A DNA stretch of 55,270 bases, the filler included, from Bipalium vagum (lineage: Eukaryota): the NCBI GenBank assembly GCA_037834085.1. It is 3 parts of 3 records of this genome, joined end to end, with 100 filler letters (N's around TTAATTAATTAA, not from the genome) between each part and the next. Parts side by side here need not be neighbours in the genome. Positions count along the whole stretch, not along the records: positions 1 to 16,145 come from JBBMKC010125181.1; 2 more parts are not named here. The stretch is one strand, 5' to 3'. The notes beneath the pieces were generated by a model. It was not told the origin of the DNA and searched no databases. It was given only the letters and a program-made list of their open reading frames with translations. Each line of letters starts with the position of its first letter. The stretch's first letter is position 1. Positions 1-12,819 of this stretch are shown piece after piece. Both the position numbers and the translations under genes were made by a program.

Positions 1-16
1 TAATAATAATAATAAC

Positions 17-76
<60 letters not shown>

Positions 77-120
77 TGATAAATAATGATAAATAATGAT
101 AAATAATGATAAAAATAATA
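1..120. repeat. (TAA)n microsatellite grading into (AAATAATGAT)x4
   Basis: Directly visible. Confidence 0.95.
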
Positions 121-1994
121 ATATAAGTAACAACAGTAATAACATCTTTTTATTTAACTTCTTTCATGAGCAGTAATGATACAATTTATACTAAAAAATT
201 TGGTTTTATTGTTCGCAACCTGACAATTATGCAGCCGAAAAATTTCAGTTCATAACTAAAAACTATGTCCAGTTATAAAATATCATAAATAATCTTTAAA
301 ATATATTAGAAATAATGAAAAAAATCACTGTTATCAAAGGTAAAAATGAAATTTATTTCAAACAATTGTTGTCCATAAACTTTTTTTGTTTTAATTTTAA
401 TATTTTTTAATAATAATATTTTTATTTTAATGACAGTAAAAATTATAAAAAAGAAATTTTTGTATAATTTTTTTGAAGTTATGTAAACATCAGAAATGGA
501 TGAGCATTGTTTATATAATTCAATTGAAATAAAAATATCTCACATCACCAATGAAAAAAGGTAAGCAAAAACACTTTCAGTCGGCTAAAAATAACGAGAT
601 GTTTTCAGTGAGCTCAAACCAAAAACATCAGCAATTATTAACAATAAACGGTCTTGAGAATTTTAATAACAATTAATTTAATCAATGTTTAATTCCATTG
701 GTGCTTAATTAAATAAATACTACTGGAAGGTTTGTGGAATTTGAAAAACCCTGACCACAAACAAGCCAAACAATAAATACGTTCACTATTTTCTTTCTTT
801 TTTATATAAAAAATCACCCTTTAAGGTTAAATTTTAATTTTTTAAAAAAATAGTTAAAAATGTAATAGTAAAAATACATTAATAATACATAAATAATAGT
901 GAATAGCTCTTGTCGGAAATCATGGGTTGTAAACTAAATCTACGTGTACCTCGTTTCTTAAGTTGATTCTTAATTTTTTAAAAAAAAGTAAACATTAGTT
1001 GAGACTTTTATTATAAAGCTTATTTGACACTTCAATGGGACTCTATTCAATCCAGTCTTTACTTTTATATCTATATAATAACGATTATATTGTTACGCTT
1101 TATTTTACTTTGAAACCTTTCGTAACACTTAGCTCGTTAGTTTACTGACCTTTTCACTTTTTTCAAGAAAGTATTCGAAAATAATTGAATTAAAATGATC
1201 ACAATAAAACTTTATTTTGCTAGCACAGGTACACGAGTGGATTTCAACACCACAAATCGATCTCAATTTGAAAAATGTGTCTAAAAATTAATGAGCCAAT
1301 CAAATACAATCAATAAATATAAAATCGAGTGAAATATCAATAAATAAAATCAAATGTACTCAAGTCAAATGTAATCAAAGCAAATCAAGTCAAATATAAT
1401 CGATTGATCAAAATAAAATGTTAATTAAATAAAACAAAGTACTAAGAATCTAACCGATTTAGAAGACGATAGATCCTAGGGTCATTTGATGAGCCCGAAC
1501 GGGTGCGCACATGAGGTCCCTAACACCACAGAACCCTCGCTGGCTCCTGTTGCATAAAAATAATAGGTATAATGAAAAGTAATTTTAAAAGTTTCGTCCA
1601 ATGATGAGAGTTCTTCTGACACAGTTTCTTCAACGTAATATCTTCTTTAACATATTCAGTGTTAGAAAATCTCTGAATAATTTCATGACAGTCCATTAAG
1701 GACTTCAGTGCCTTTTATCAGACACTACTCATCCTATATTTGGAATGTCTATTTCATTTTCAGGTACTTAATACTAAATCGGTCTTTAATTGCGGACCCT
1801 GATATAATCTTGGCAATTTGACATTCACCAGTGTTAAGTTTAGATCATTCAACATAAAAAATATTTAATTATTATTTTTGGTATTATTATTACTATTATA
1901 TTTTTCTGACCCTTTAGCGGTCTTAAAATTCAAAGGGTTTGAGGGATGTAACCTTGGTAAACCAAACAGTATAAATAGATGAATGAATTTATAT

Positions 1995-3915
1995 AGGGTG
2001 TTTCAGAAAGAATCTGGTAGGTGTGAATATGAGAATAAATATAATAAAATTAAATTTAATTAACTTTAATTTATTTATAAATTTATATATTCTTACAATA
2101 TATTAGGTTTCCAAATAAGTTCTTGCCGATTTTTAAAAAAAAAAGTAAAAGTCAATTTTTTAAATTTATACTTATTAATCAAAATATGATCAATGACATT
2201 GTATGACTTTGTCCGAACGGTCTTGCAACTTGATAATGTCATTTTCTTAAAAATCTTTTTTCTTACTGAGGAAGAAATTGGACACTTCCATTTTTAATTC
2301 CATTTCATTTGTGAACTTCTTTCCTCCCAAATGATTATCAAGATTAAGAAATAAGTGAAAATCTGTAGGCGAGAGATCAGAGGAATATGGTGGATGGCAC
2401 ATGATCTCTCACCAAAATTGCGTTATTTTGTCAAGATTTTTTCTTGCCACACGCGGCCGAGCATTGTCTTGAAGAAATAAAACCTTTTATCTGATCACTA
2501 AAGCCGGTTGTTTTTCTAACAGTTTTTGGTGAACTTTTTCTAATTGAGAACAATAGATTTCACAGGTTATTGTTTCTTTCGGTTTAAGGAACTCTTGATC
2601 AATAATTCCTTCACAAGTCCACCAAAAAGCTTTTTCTGAAATAGTCCATCTTTTGGAACTTGTGGCAAAAAATCCGTAGGAGATAATCAATGATGTGTTC
2701 TCTTTTGTTTAGAATACATAATCCACTTTTCATCGCATGTCAGTATTCTACTGAAAAATGGCTTTACCTTTAACCGACTGAGATAAGAGCATATTGTCAG
2801 TCTCTGAAATCTATTCTCTGGTGTTAGATCATGTGGAACCTATTTGCTTAATTTTAATCTCTTTCCAATCTGATGCATATTCAATCTGATTGTTTCTTCG
2901 CTGACATTAAATATCAAACCAAGTTCCTTACATGTTTGACTTGCATCTGACTTGATTGTCTTTCTCAAATGATCATTGTTCATTTGAATGGGCCTCCTAG
3001 ATCTGGGTGCATCTTCCAGATTTTCATCACCGGAACTGAACTTCTCAAACTAATAACGAGCAGTTCTTTCCTTTAGTGCACCTTCTCCAAATGCCGTACA
3101 CATTTTTCGACTAGCTTCTGAAGCATTGGACCCAAGCCTAAACTCATAGAGTAAGCAGGAACGAATGATTGAATTTCTGTTCGCCATTTTGACTGCTGAA
3201 AAGCTTTTAATATGACTTAATGATATTTGAAAAACCAAATTACATTCTTGATTGAATTTAATCTAATAAAACAAATTGATTTTCTGAGTAATAATAATAA
3301 AATATTTCATGAAACTTCAATTTAATAAAATCGGCAAGAACTTATTTGGACACCTAATATATATTTTTTTAAAATATATAGACGCAAATCAATTTCTGCG
3401 GCAAAAAATCCTACCATTAGATTTCAGTTTGCCCATGAGTGTCTTTACATTCTTCATGTTGATCATATTATCTTTATTATCCCATTTAAGCCGGTAATCG
3501 TTAAGGTTAGTTGTTTTGAAATTCGTTTCTTATTTTTATGATGACCCAATAGCACTCGATCGAAATTAATACTTTTTTCTTTCTATTTTCTTATTTACGG
3601 GCTGATTTTCTGCCAAAACTTTTTTTCCTCTCTATGGTTAATGTTTGCCTAAAATCTGCTGAAACATTTTGTACTGCTGATCGAGGTACTTTTATTTGTT
3701 TGACTATGTTACATTGTGAAATTTTATTCTTCTCTGTATATTTCCACGATTCATTTTTGAATAAAAATTTCATTGTCTGCCATATTGATTATCATTAATG
3801 TGATTAAAAAAATGAGAATTATTTTAAATATAATCATATACCAAATCTGCATACAATATAATTAAAATTGCGCACATCCAAAAAATTATAGTATTATTAA
3901 CATGCCAGATTTTTT
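1995..3915 (-). mobile_element. Older, internally deleted Tc1/mariner-superfamily element interrupted by a mariner
   Basis: TA-TAGGGTGTTTCAGAAAGAATCTGG terminus at 1995, partial complement CCAGATTTTT near 3905; HTH-like ORF 3591-3773 (IVKQIKVPRSAVQNV...TIERKKSFGRK). Confidence 0.45.
2103..3357 (-). mobile_element. Full-length defective mariner (DD34D) transposon, 1255 bp
   Basis: 31-bp TIRs TTAGGT(T/G)TCCAAATAAGTTCTTGCCGATTTT with 1 mismatch, TA duplication; transposase pieces MANRNSIIRSCLLYEF, *VPHDL, TCDEKW, QDNARP, HPPYSSDLSPTDFHLF broken by stops and frameshifts. Confidence 0.93.
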
Positions 3916-3959
3916 ATTAATTTTATTTTATTATTAAAAAAATTCCTCTTATATATATA

Positions 3960-5346
3960 CAGGGTGGCTTTTTATCATTACATGAAACTTTCTTAGGAAT
4001 AATTCAGTTAATTCGAATTCAAAAAACTCAAAATTTGGCAGAACTATATTTTATTATATAACAATCAATTTATTTACAAAATATTTTCGAAGAAACACCC
4101 TTTGGCTTTGATACAGACTTTCAAAGGTTTGGGAAAGCTTGAAAGCCATTGCCGCTAATTCTGCAGTAGAAAATGAGTCCAAAGTTTTTTGAATATCGGT
4201 TTTTAATGTCTCCAAGTTGTTGTAGGAGTTCTTAAGTTTCTGTTCCATGATTCCCCAAATAGAGTAATTCATAGTATTTAAATCAGGAGAATTAGAAGGC
4301 CACGTATTTTTGTCCCAAAATGATGGATAAAGTTCCTGGCACAACGCAATAGTGCTTGCAGCAGAATGTGAAGTAGCCCAATCCTGTTGTAATGACTAGT
4401 TGTGTTAACCAAAACGTATTTTAGCCCAAGGGTATAATACAGCTTTCAAAATGTTTTCTTGGTATCTTCTTGCATTCATTTTTACACCTCTTTCTACAAA
4501 GACCAAATGAGTTTTGCTCGAATCCGTTATATCACCTAGAGCCATTACAGATTTTGGAAAACGACTTCGCATTACAATTGCGCGATCTTTGGTACCTTTT
4601 TTCAGCAATTGTCTGTCATTCTGTGTGTTGTGACAGCCTTCTAACATAAATATCTATTCATCTGTAAACAATGTCGATTTATGGCGGCCCTTGAAGTCAA
4701 CTGCAACATTATCTTACAATCCCGCCAAAAGTCTTTGGCCACTCTTAAAATTCTAGTAAAAAGCATTTATATGATTCTAGTCATTAATATTTATTAAGTA
4801 CAAATGTAAAGAACGTTAACGACATTAGAAATAAGTTGACAAGAACATTTATTTATTTATCAATAAAAAAAGAAATAGCTAAAGAATAAATAACTAAAAG
4901 GTAAAGTAGGCTTTTTTAGATGGTGGCCAAAGACTTTTGGCGGGGACTGTACATTTTCCAATCGATTTTTTATCATCCTCAAATTTAGTGTTTGTGCTTT
5001 GTAGAATTTGTAGATCACTTTTCACAATTTTGTCAACAGAAGTTCGGCTGATATTCATTGATTTTGCTAAAGTTCGTTTCGAAATTGTTACATTGCGCTT
5101 AATGCGTTTTCTGATGCGTTCCCGTATGTTTCTTGTAGTAGTAGTGACTTTTCTGCCTCTTCCAGAACGGTCTGAATCAGTTCCAAGCTCTAAAAATCTC
5201 TTTATTGCCCGCGAGACTGTTGATTGTGGAACTTTCAGCAGTTTTACTATAGCCGACTGTGACTTTCTTTGTTTGTATAATTCCAATATAGCAGTCCGAA
5301 GAGGATTAATTTTCATTTTATTAAATATTATTAACAAAATAAGCAA
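3960..5346 (-). mobile_element. maT/DD37D-type transposon, defective
   Basis: TA-CAGGGTG terminus; paired-like HTH (AIVKLLKVPQSTVSRAIKRF..RSGRGRK), LFTDE, then QQD followed by exactly 37 residues to WPSNSPDLNTM-N-YSIW (third Asp mutated to Asn). Confidence 0.88.
4717..4949. mobile_element. Tc1/mariner-derived MITE (233 bp) nested in the DD37D transposase
   Basis: TIRs CA(A/G)TCCC(C)GCCAAAAGTCTTTGGCCAC, TA on both sides; removing it rejoins the host frame ...KCKIMLQLT. Confidence 0.85.
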
Positions 5347-5902
5347 TCTATATTTATAAATGAGAGGTCTTTCAGCAATGTGAATTAGTAGCTGAATTAC
5401 TAGATCAATTAATAGAAAAATAAACTATAAAACATGTTTACATTAATAATTTTATTTTTATACTTTAACAGATTTATTAATTTATTCCAAATTTTGATAC
5501 ACAAAGTTAGTTCATTGTTATCTTCATCTAATCATTTGCATCATTATTCATGAACAAGGAGATAAGTACGCAGATATCAGACCAAAAATCAACATTCAGT
5601 TTGAAGAATTGTAATATTTGAAGACATAATTTTAGATTTGTCTTCAAAACATGATGACTTATGTTGGTTCAGTGATATCGAATGAAAAGATGTCTCAACT
5701 TCCTTTATGTATTCCTTTTCCAAATATTCCGTATCATCAATGACTCCAACAACATGTGCTAGCCATAAGAGTTTAGAAGAAAATTCATCTTGTATCAGAT
5801 TCAGGCACATTGATAGAATGGCTAACCCAAGGAAACAATAAATTGCTCCAATTAACAGTTCAATACAAGTTTCAACCTAAAAATTAAAAATGTGAAAATG
5901 AT

Positions 5903-6047
5903 NNNNNNNNNNNNNNNNNNNNNNNNNNNNNNNNNNNNNNNNNNNNNNNNNNNNNNNNNNNNNNNNNNNNNNNNNNNNNNNNNNNNNNNNNNNNNNNNNN
6001 NNNNNNNNNNNNNNNNNNNNNNNNNNNNNNNNNNNNNNNNNNNNNNN
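5903..6047. other. Assembly gap (145 N)
   Basis: Run of N. Confidence 0.99.
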
Positions 6048-9000
6048 TAATCATAATGCATAGTTAGTTGTAAATTTAAATAAAACCATCAGATTTCAGA
6101 TTTAAGGTCAAAAGATCTTAGAATTCAAGAAAAAATATTATTTCCTTCGGCTAATTTACTGAAATGATATCTTCTTTAATTAATTTTACTTCATTAGGTT
6201 TCTATCGGTTATAACTGTCTTGTTTGACCCCTTGTTTTCTTTTCAAGTGTTTTCTATATAAATAAATTTGCAGACTAATTAAATTTTCTTAAGAAAAAGG
6301 AAAACTTAATATATTAATTTTCTTGGCAAACATAAGAAGCTGAGAATAAATAATATAAATTCCTCTTTATCATTGATTCAAGCGTTTTATTTATTTTAGA
6401 ATACTTTTCCAAACAACGCTCTTTAATTTTGATAATGCGAATCTTAATATTTATTCAGCTAAGCCAGATAGAACACCATACATGTAAGAAGTTGATAACA
6501 ACTCTCCCTTGCAACTGAAGAATAGTCTAACGTTTGCAGCAATAACTAAATGCGGATTAAACTCTTTAAAATGTATTAAATATTTTCGAGTTAGTGTAGA
6601 CGTTAAAAAAGACTTACAAACAATGTTCTACTCGAAATAATAAAGAGTAATCTTTAAACATTAATTTGTGGTGATCTATCTGGCTCAGTTTACTTCTGAT
6701 TGACACCGTACTTTAGTTGTGAAGTGCAAAATCAGCTGTCACTAGCTGACGACAACCAGTGGTGATAGTTAAAGAGCATCTCGATTAAAGCATATTACTT
6801 ATATATGGATTAATTCTACATATTCCAGTAAGAAGTCAGGCATAGAAATTTCATCTTTCAAAATTTTGTTTCTTTGTAATTCATGTGCAGTATGCCTCAT
6901 AAATACTTGTGAATTTAAAAAAGCAATAAATAATTACTTAATTCATTAATTATATACATGGTAATTATAATAAAAAGCAGAACAAGAGGGGTTAAGAAAA
7001 ATAGTAGTGTGATAAAACAAAACTCCACATTATATACATTTACAAAATAAAATAGTTTTCAAAAAGTAAAATTTGAAACAGTTATTGAGTTTTAAATTTC
7101 ACAAGTATTTATGGGACATACCATAACACCACCATACTTGGGCCTTGTTAATTATTCTCAGCTGATAAAATCGTCTTGAAACTGTTCACTTCTTAACTCT
7201 AAGTATTCTGTTACTAATAATAATTTCGGATAATCATTCATAATATCGCCATGGTAAAATTGAATTTTTAACGAAAATGTCTGAACCACTTACGGCAGAT
7301 GGAATTATCAAACAGTCTCAGAGCACTACAGAAATCAGACTAACCAACCGTAGCGATATCTTTTCTTTATCTGAACGATTGGTTCATTGAAACAAAATTA
7401 CAACTCTATGGTTCCTATTGTATAATCTTGTGTAAAACATTTTTATATAAAAGATAAAAAACACAATGAAATTATTTTTCAACCATTCGCATTTTTCTGA
7501 TATATTTAAGGAAAACCTATATTATTTTTTATTTTATTATTTGATGATTTTATATATTAATTCATTATAATAGAAAAATCGGAATTCTGTACGACATGGT
7601 TTTAAAAAATGAGTTGAAAAATGTGACAAACATAAAGAATTAAAAGTTAAACATCGTAATTCATTGAGATGGATCATTTCTGATAAATCATTTCGGCTTG
7701 GATAAAAATACTTAAATGTTTATATTACAGATCATAGTATAATTTTAATTAATTGTTTTGCCAGACATCCATAAGGAACTCTCTTTATCAGATTGAGAAA
7801 ATTACGGAGAATATATAAATACATTAAGATATTACATTAATAATTATGATTTATTTGTTTTAATCATTACTTTTATTTTAATGAAATAACAATTCAATTT
7901 TCCATTAAAATGTGATTTAAAGACAAGATTAATAAATAATAAAAATAAAATAAAATACATACCTACTATTGTCGCAAAAACGAATACCCCTATGAGATAG
8001 CTGACAATAGTGAACAGGTACCTTAAAACAATTGAAAATTGAATTTAAAAAATTACATTTTAGTGGTGAATAATTTATAAAAATATAAAATATAAAATAA
8101 TTATAGTATATTTATAAACGTTATTATTTTTAATTATTTATGGATTTTGTCACATAATTTCAGAATATAATTCTAGAAATAATATTTTACATCTCTGGTT
8201 ACCAAGAATGGTGTAAAAGATCCTTTTATAACCGATTTTAAATTGATTTATGATAGATATCGAATTTCGAAGATGAATAAATAATATTATCAACATCCAT
8301 ATTCAATAACATGTCTCAATACTTTTATGAAGATATATTGTTTACACTGAGAATGTTTCGTTATTTAACCTAATTAAATTTTTTAATTATTAATTAATCA
8401 ATATTTAAATTCGAAAAAATATTTTAAAAAAAAATTATTTGATCTAATATCTCTGTTTGGAAATTAAAGAAACTGAAGAACATGATTGTTGACAGGATAT
8501 AACATAAAATTTATTTTTCTCTCCAATGTTTTCTCCCGAGAATGTCTTAATTCATAGGAAATGGAAGATTTTTTGGTGATCGACCCTGCCACATTCTCCA
8601 TCACAAATAGTGTTTATTGTTTAAATTGACGTTTTTATTTTAAATGATTTTCTTACTTCGAAAAATTATAATTTAATGATAAAAAATATTCCCTCACATT
8701 GACGTGTTAAAATTAATTATTATTATAATTATACAACTAATGATGAAGTGATTATTAATTAGCTCATATTAGTTAAGTTGTTAAGTTAATAAAAAATTAT
8801 TAAATAATTATTAAAAATACGCGAAGTATTTAATTAGTCTGAATAAAGTAACATAATCATCTTTCAGTGATAATTTTAAATGAAATTATGTTGATAATCT
8901 ATAATTGATTCTGAATTGAGATTTATTATTAATTAATTAAATTAAATAGAATATTTATCTTTTAAATAAATTACTTGAACAATTTCAGACTGGTTTTGTT

Positions 9001-9689
9001 TGAATAATCAAAAATAGAAAATAATAATTAAAAAATAAATAAAATTTTTTTATTGTTGCTTGTGAGAAATATATAATATAATATCGATAAAAGAATTTAT
9101 TACATTTAATATGTCAATTATATTCCTGAACTTTATATCATATGCTTCTGAGCAACCATTCAAACCCTTTGAGACTTTCATTTTAGTACTTATTTATTTA
9201 ACATCACTGTACCAATTTAGTAAGAAAAAAATATGAATAAAAATATAATGAGTTTTAGCAATAAATTAATTTTATATTACATTTATTCTTCATTCGGATT
9301 TCAATTAGTACTTTCTGATGATAATTCAATATGATGTAGAACAAATTATGTGTACTTCGAGTCACGAGAAAATGAGACAGAAACGTCGATTATTTTGTTA
9401 TATAACATTGTTAATAATTATTTATTCAATAAAACTGACTAACGTTGATTTATGAGTTTCAATTTCACATTATATCTTTACTTTTAAATAGTGAACGATC
9501 ATGTTCGACGGTAAAAATAGTCTTCCAATATGTAAGATTGCATTTTTCTAATGGAAAATAAATAAAAAATAATAATAAAAGCTAAATTGAAAATTCTAAT
9601 TATGGAATTTGTTTAAACTAGGTAATTTGTTTATTTATAATTTAAAAATACTAGACAATATTTTAAAAATAAGGTAATTAGCTAATCAG

Positions 9690-9860
9690 ATGGGTTCAAA
9701 GAATGGGGACACAATTACGGATGAAAGAAAAATAATTATTGGCAAAGGGAAATCCATACTAAAGATTTAGGAGATCGTTAATATTAAGAAAACAACGGTA
9801 AATCAAATAATTAAAAAACATTTTTATGAAGAAATTTTGAAAAAAAAGAAGAGACGTATG
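9690..9860 (+). mobile_element. Tc1-like transposase N-terminal fragment
   Basis: MGSKNGDTITDERKIII..GKSILKI*EIVNIKKTTVNQIIKK, an HTH-like pattern with an internal stop. Confidence 0.5.
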
Positions 9861-12489
9861 TACCACAAAATATATATGTTATTCCTGTGATATTGTATTT
9901 AAAATGGCTGATATAATTAAAACAAATGGATAAATCCTATTTAAATATAAAATAAAATAAATAATACGGTATTAAACTTCAAGTAGAAAACGGTGACAGA
10001 AAAAGACTAATGCAAGAAAATCAGTGAAAATAATATTGTCCGAAACTTCACCTTGAAATGCATCAATAGTTTTCTAGGCAGGATAATCATCTAATGGATT
10101 ACGGTACGATCATATGGAGAAGAATATGTTTAAAATAATATGTAATTATTAGGCCTCCTACAGAAATATTTATATTTTTGTACATTGCTCTTTGCAGGTC
10201 ACGAAAACCAGGACAAATCAAAGACAATAATATTTCATAATATAGCTGAGACGTAACTTGCAGGAAGAATAATTCAATCTTGAATTTCATATATAACATT
10301 GAGAAAATGAAAGGAAGCAAATACGGAAAATGCATAAAATATAAATATTTTAACAGAAACTGTCTGCAATTAAATCATTTATGTCTTTTTCATAAAATTT
10401 CATAATAGTACTAATTGCTACTAATTTATTTTTATTTTTCTATATAAAAAAATAGAATTTTATTTTTTAAATAGAAATATTAAAATCAATTATAAATATC
10501 TAGGAAATATAATATTACAAAAAAATAAAATTAAAATAAAAATTAATTAAAAATCTTTTAATTTTTCTCAATATTTATTGATTGTCTTTTGTACAGCTTT
10601 GAAATTTGAAATCTTTTTTATTTTATTTCTTAGAAATATTTTTCAGAATTTCGTAGTATTATTTATTTGAAAAATATGTTTATCATTTTATAATCTACAC
10701 TAATTATAAAAGAACCATAAAATATATGTTAATTGTTAAAATTAGGTAAAATTAATTTTGGTGAATTCATGCTGGGATTATACCAATAATGATAATAATT
10801 ATTTTAAAAAAAAATATTAATTTATATTTAATTTAAGTCCTTCAATCACTTATTTACCACTTATTATTTTTTTGTTTCTCTAAATTATGTTAAAATTAGT
10901 TAATAAATAAAAATATTTAATTAATTCGATTTATAAAACTGTTAATTAATTTAAGAAAAATTCTGGATCAAAACAGATAATACTAAGTATTATGAAATCA
11001 TTTAATTAATTTAATTAATTTAATTAATTTAATAAAATAAATTCAAATAAAAATCGTTTTTTAATCTGAAATCTTTACGATTTAATCTGAAAAAGGATTC
11101 CATTGGTAACTTTGAAAAAAATTATATTTATTAATGATATTTTTTTATTTAAATAATAATGAAGATGAGGAAAATGATGTACATCTCAAGAGACAATGAT
11201 CTTATGGTGAGCAAATCGAAGCGAAAAGGAATAGTGTGAACTATCTTTAAATATAAACCTGAAAATAGAAAATACATTGCAAAAGGAAATTGATAAGCGT
11301 TCAGGATAAAATCTGTTATTTATGGTTGTACAAGTATCCATAGCCACCCTTGTTCTTATTAAGAAATGATAAAATCTTGCTTATAAAATGATAACTTCTA
11401 TGTGAAACGTCACAGATATAAATTTCCTAAATTAAAATATAATTAAAATCCCATGTTACTTTTTGGATAGAGTAAATGAGGAAAACAGAGTTCCCCTTGA
11501 ACGTGTTGGGTAATGAATGAATATGAGGCAGAATTTAGTTGACAAAAATCAGAATATAATTTATCAAACGTATCATTTCATTACGATAAGCTGCTTTTAT
11601 TTCAAACCTTAAACAAAATCTGCATGTTTCCAGTACAATTCGAGGGACCATATTTACCAAAAAGTGAAAATAAAAGAAAAAATAATTAATTTTATTTATA
11701 GTAAAAAAGTTTCGTAGTCATAACTGAAATTAAGAAGTAATTTTTAAAAATATTTTTTCCTCTTTTCTACATTAATTTAAGAAATAATTTATATTATTTT
11801 TGGAATTGCTTTTGAACCTGACATGAATTTTTAATTATAATTCTTTTTATTTTTCTCTCTACTTCCACCTATGCCTTAAAATAGTTTCATTTTACTTTTA
11901 TAGTTATTAATAACAGTGTAACCTCGTTTTGATAATAGGCAATGAATGCCTCATTATTATGGGAAAATTCACTTTTTGAATCAGTTCTTAAAATTTTCAA
12001 TTTTTTTATATAAACTATTGGTCTAATAGAGAAAATATGAACTTCAAATACTCCCAAATGTAAATCATTTTACGGTACGGTCTTAAATATTGTCAATTTA
12101 ACTAATGAAAATTATATAAGAAGTTAACCCCGTGTGTTCTGTTATTTTAACTATTTATTTTATAGTAAAATATATTTAAATAATTTTATTAAAAAATCAA
12201 TATTTCAAATTTTGTCAAAAAATTTTACTGTAAACCAGGAATAGTAAGTATCGAAAAATTAAACAAAGATATTTCAGAAAGTATTTTTAAATTTTATTTG
12301 CTTTTATCTTTTTTGTTCAAAATATTGTGCTTTCCATGAAAAAAATATAAATTAAAATTCATTTTTCAAATATTTAAAATAATATAATAAATCATATAAA
12401 TGTATAAAAATTATTTACAATTAAAACTGGTTAAATTAAAATTTTTAATTTTTTTAAGACTTCAAAATGATTATTTTAAAGAATAATAA

Positions 12490-12819
12490 ATCACGTGCAC
12501 GAAATAACTTGGTCGACAATAATGTATAATGAAAAATTAAGCTCTTTGAATAAAATAGGATGGCATATTACTAAAAAATTTAACAGCAATAGAAAATCTT
12601 TATGTAGTTAGCACATTATTTGTATGTTTTGTATGCAAAACCTTGAAAGTTAGACTTCATGCTCCAAACAAACGTTGCAAATAAAATTGATTTTGAATTT
12701 TATTTATATTATAACTAACACAACACTGGCTAGTGGCGTATTTAAACAATTGATATATTATTTAACATGTATGAGTTTTAAGTGTTTTTTTTTCGATAAA
12801 GCTATTTCGTGCACATGCT
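12490..12819. mobile_element. Non-autonomous TIR element, Kolobok-like (TTAA target)
   Basis: Imperfect ~27-bp inverted ends ATCACGTGCACGAAATAACTTGGTCGA / TCGATAAAGCTATTTCGTGCACATGCT; right end reads CT-TTAA, left flank degenerate (ATAA). Confidence 0.45.

Noticed and set aside
1-70. (TAA)n at both window ends as telomeres or evidence of a circle
   Set aside because: The same orientation at both ends (telomeres would be inverted) and similar internal tracts are best explained by assembly breaks at microsatellites.
1525-1552. CCCTCGCTGGC similarity to the HDV ribozyme L3/P3
   Set aside because: The required P1 and P3 partners do not pair.
4937-5359. 140-aa plus-strand ORF
   Set aside because: Antisense shadow of the DD37D transposase. 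The same applies to 24470-24718, 24992-25183, 32688-32897, 37593-37793 and to 28246-28434 (opposite a channel exon).
10050-10330. LMDYGTIIW, resembling a LINE RT C-terminal motif
   Set aside because: A single short motif with no supporting frame; too weak to annotate.
11001-11033. (TTTAATTAA)n tandem or 10-mer repeats as a CRISPR-like array
   Set aside because: No unique spacers; simple slippage repeats in a eukaryotic context.
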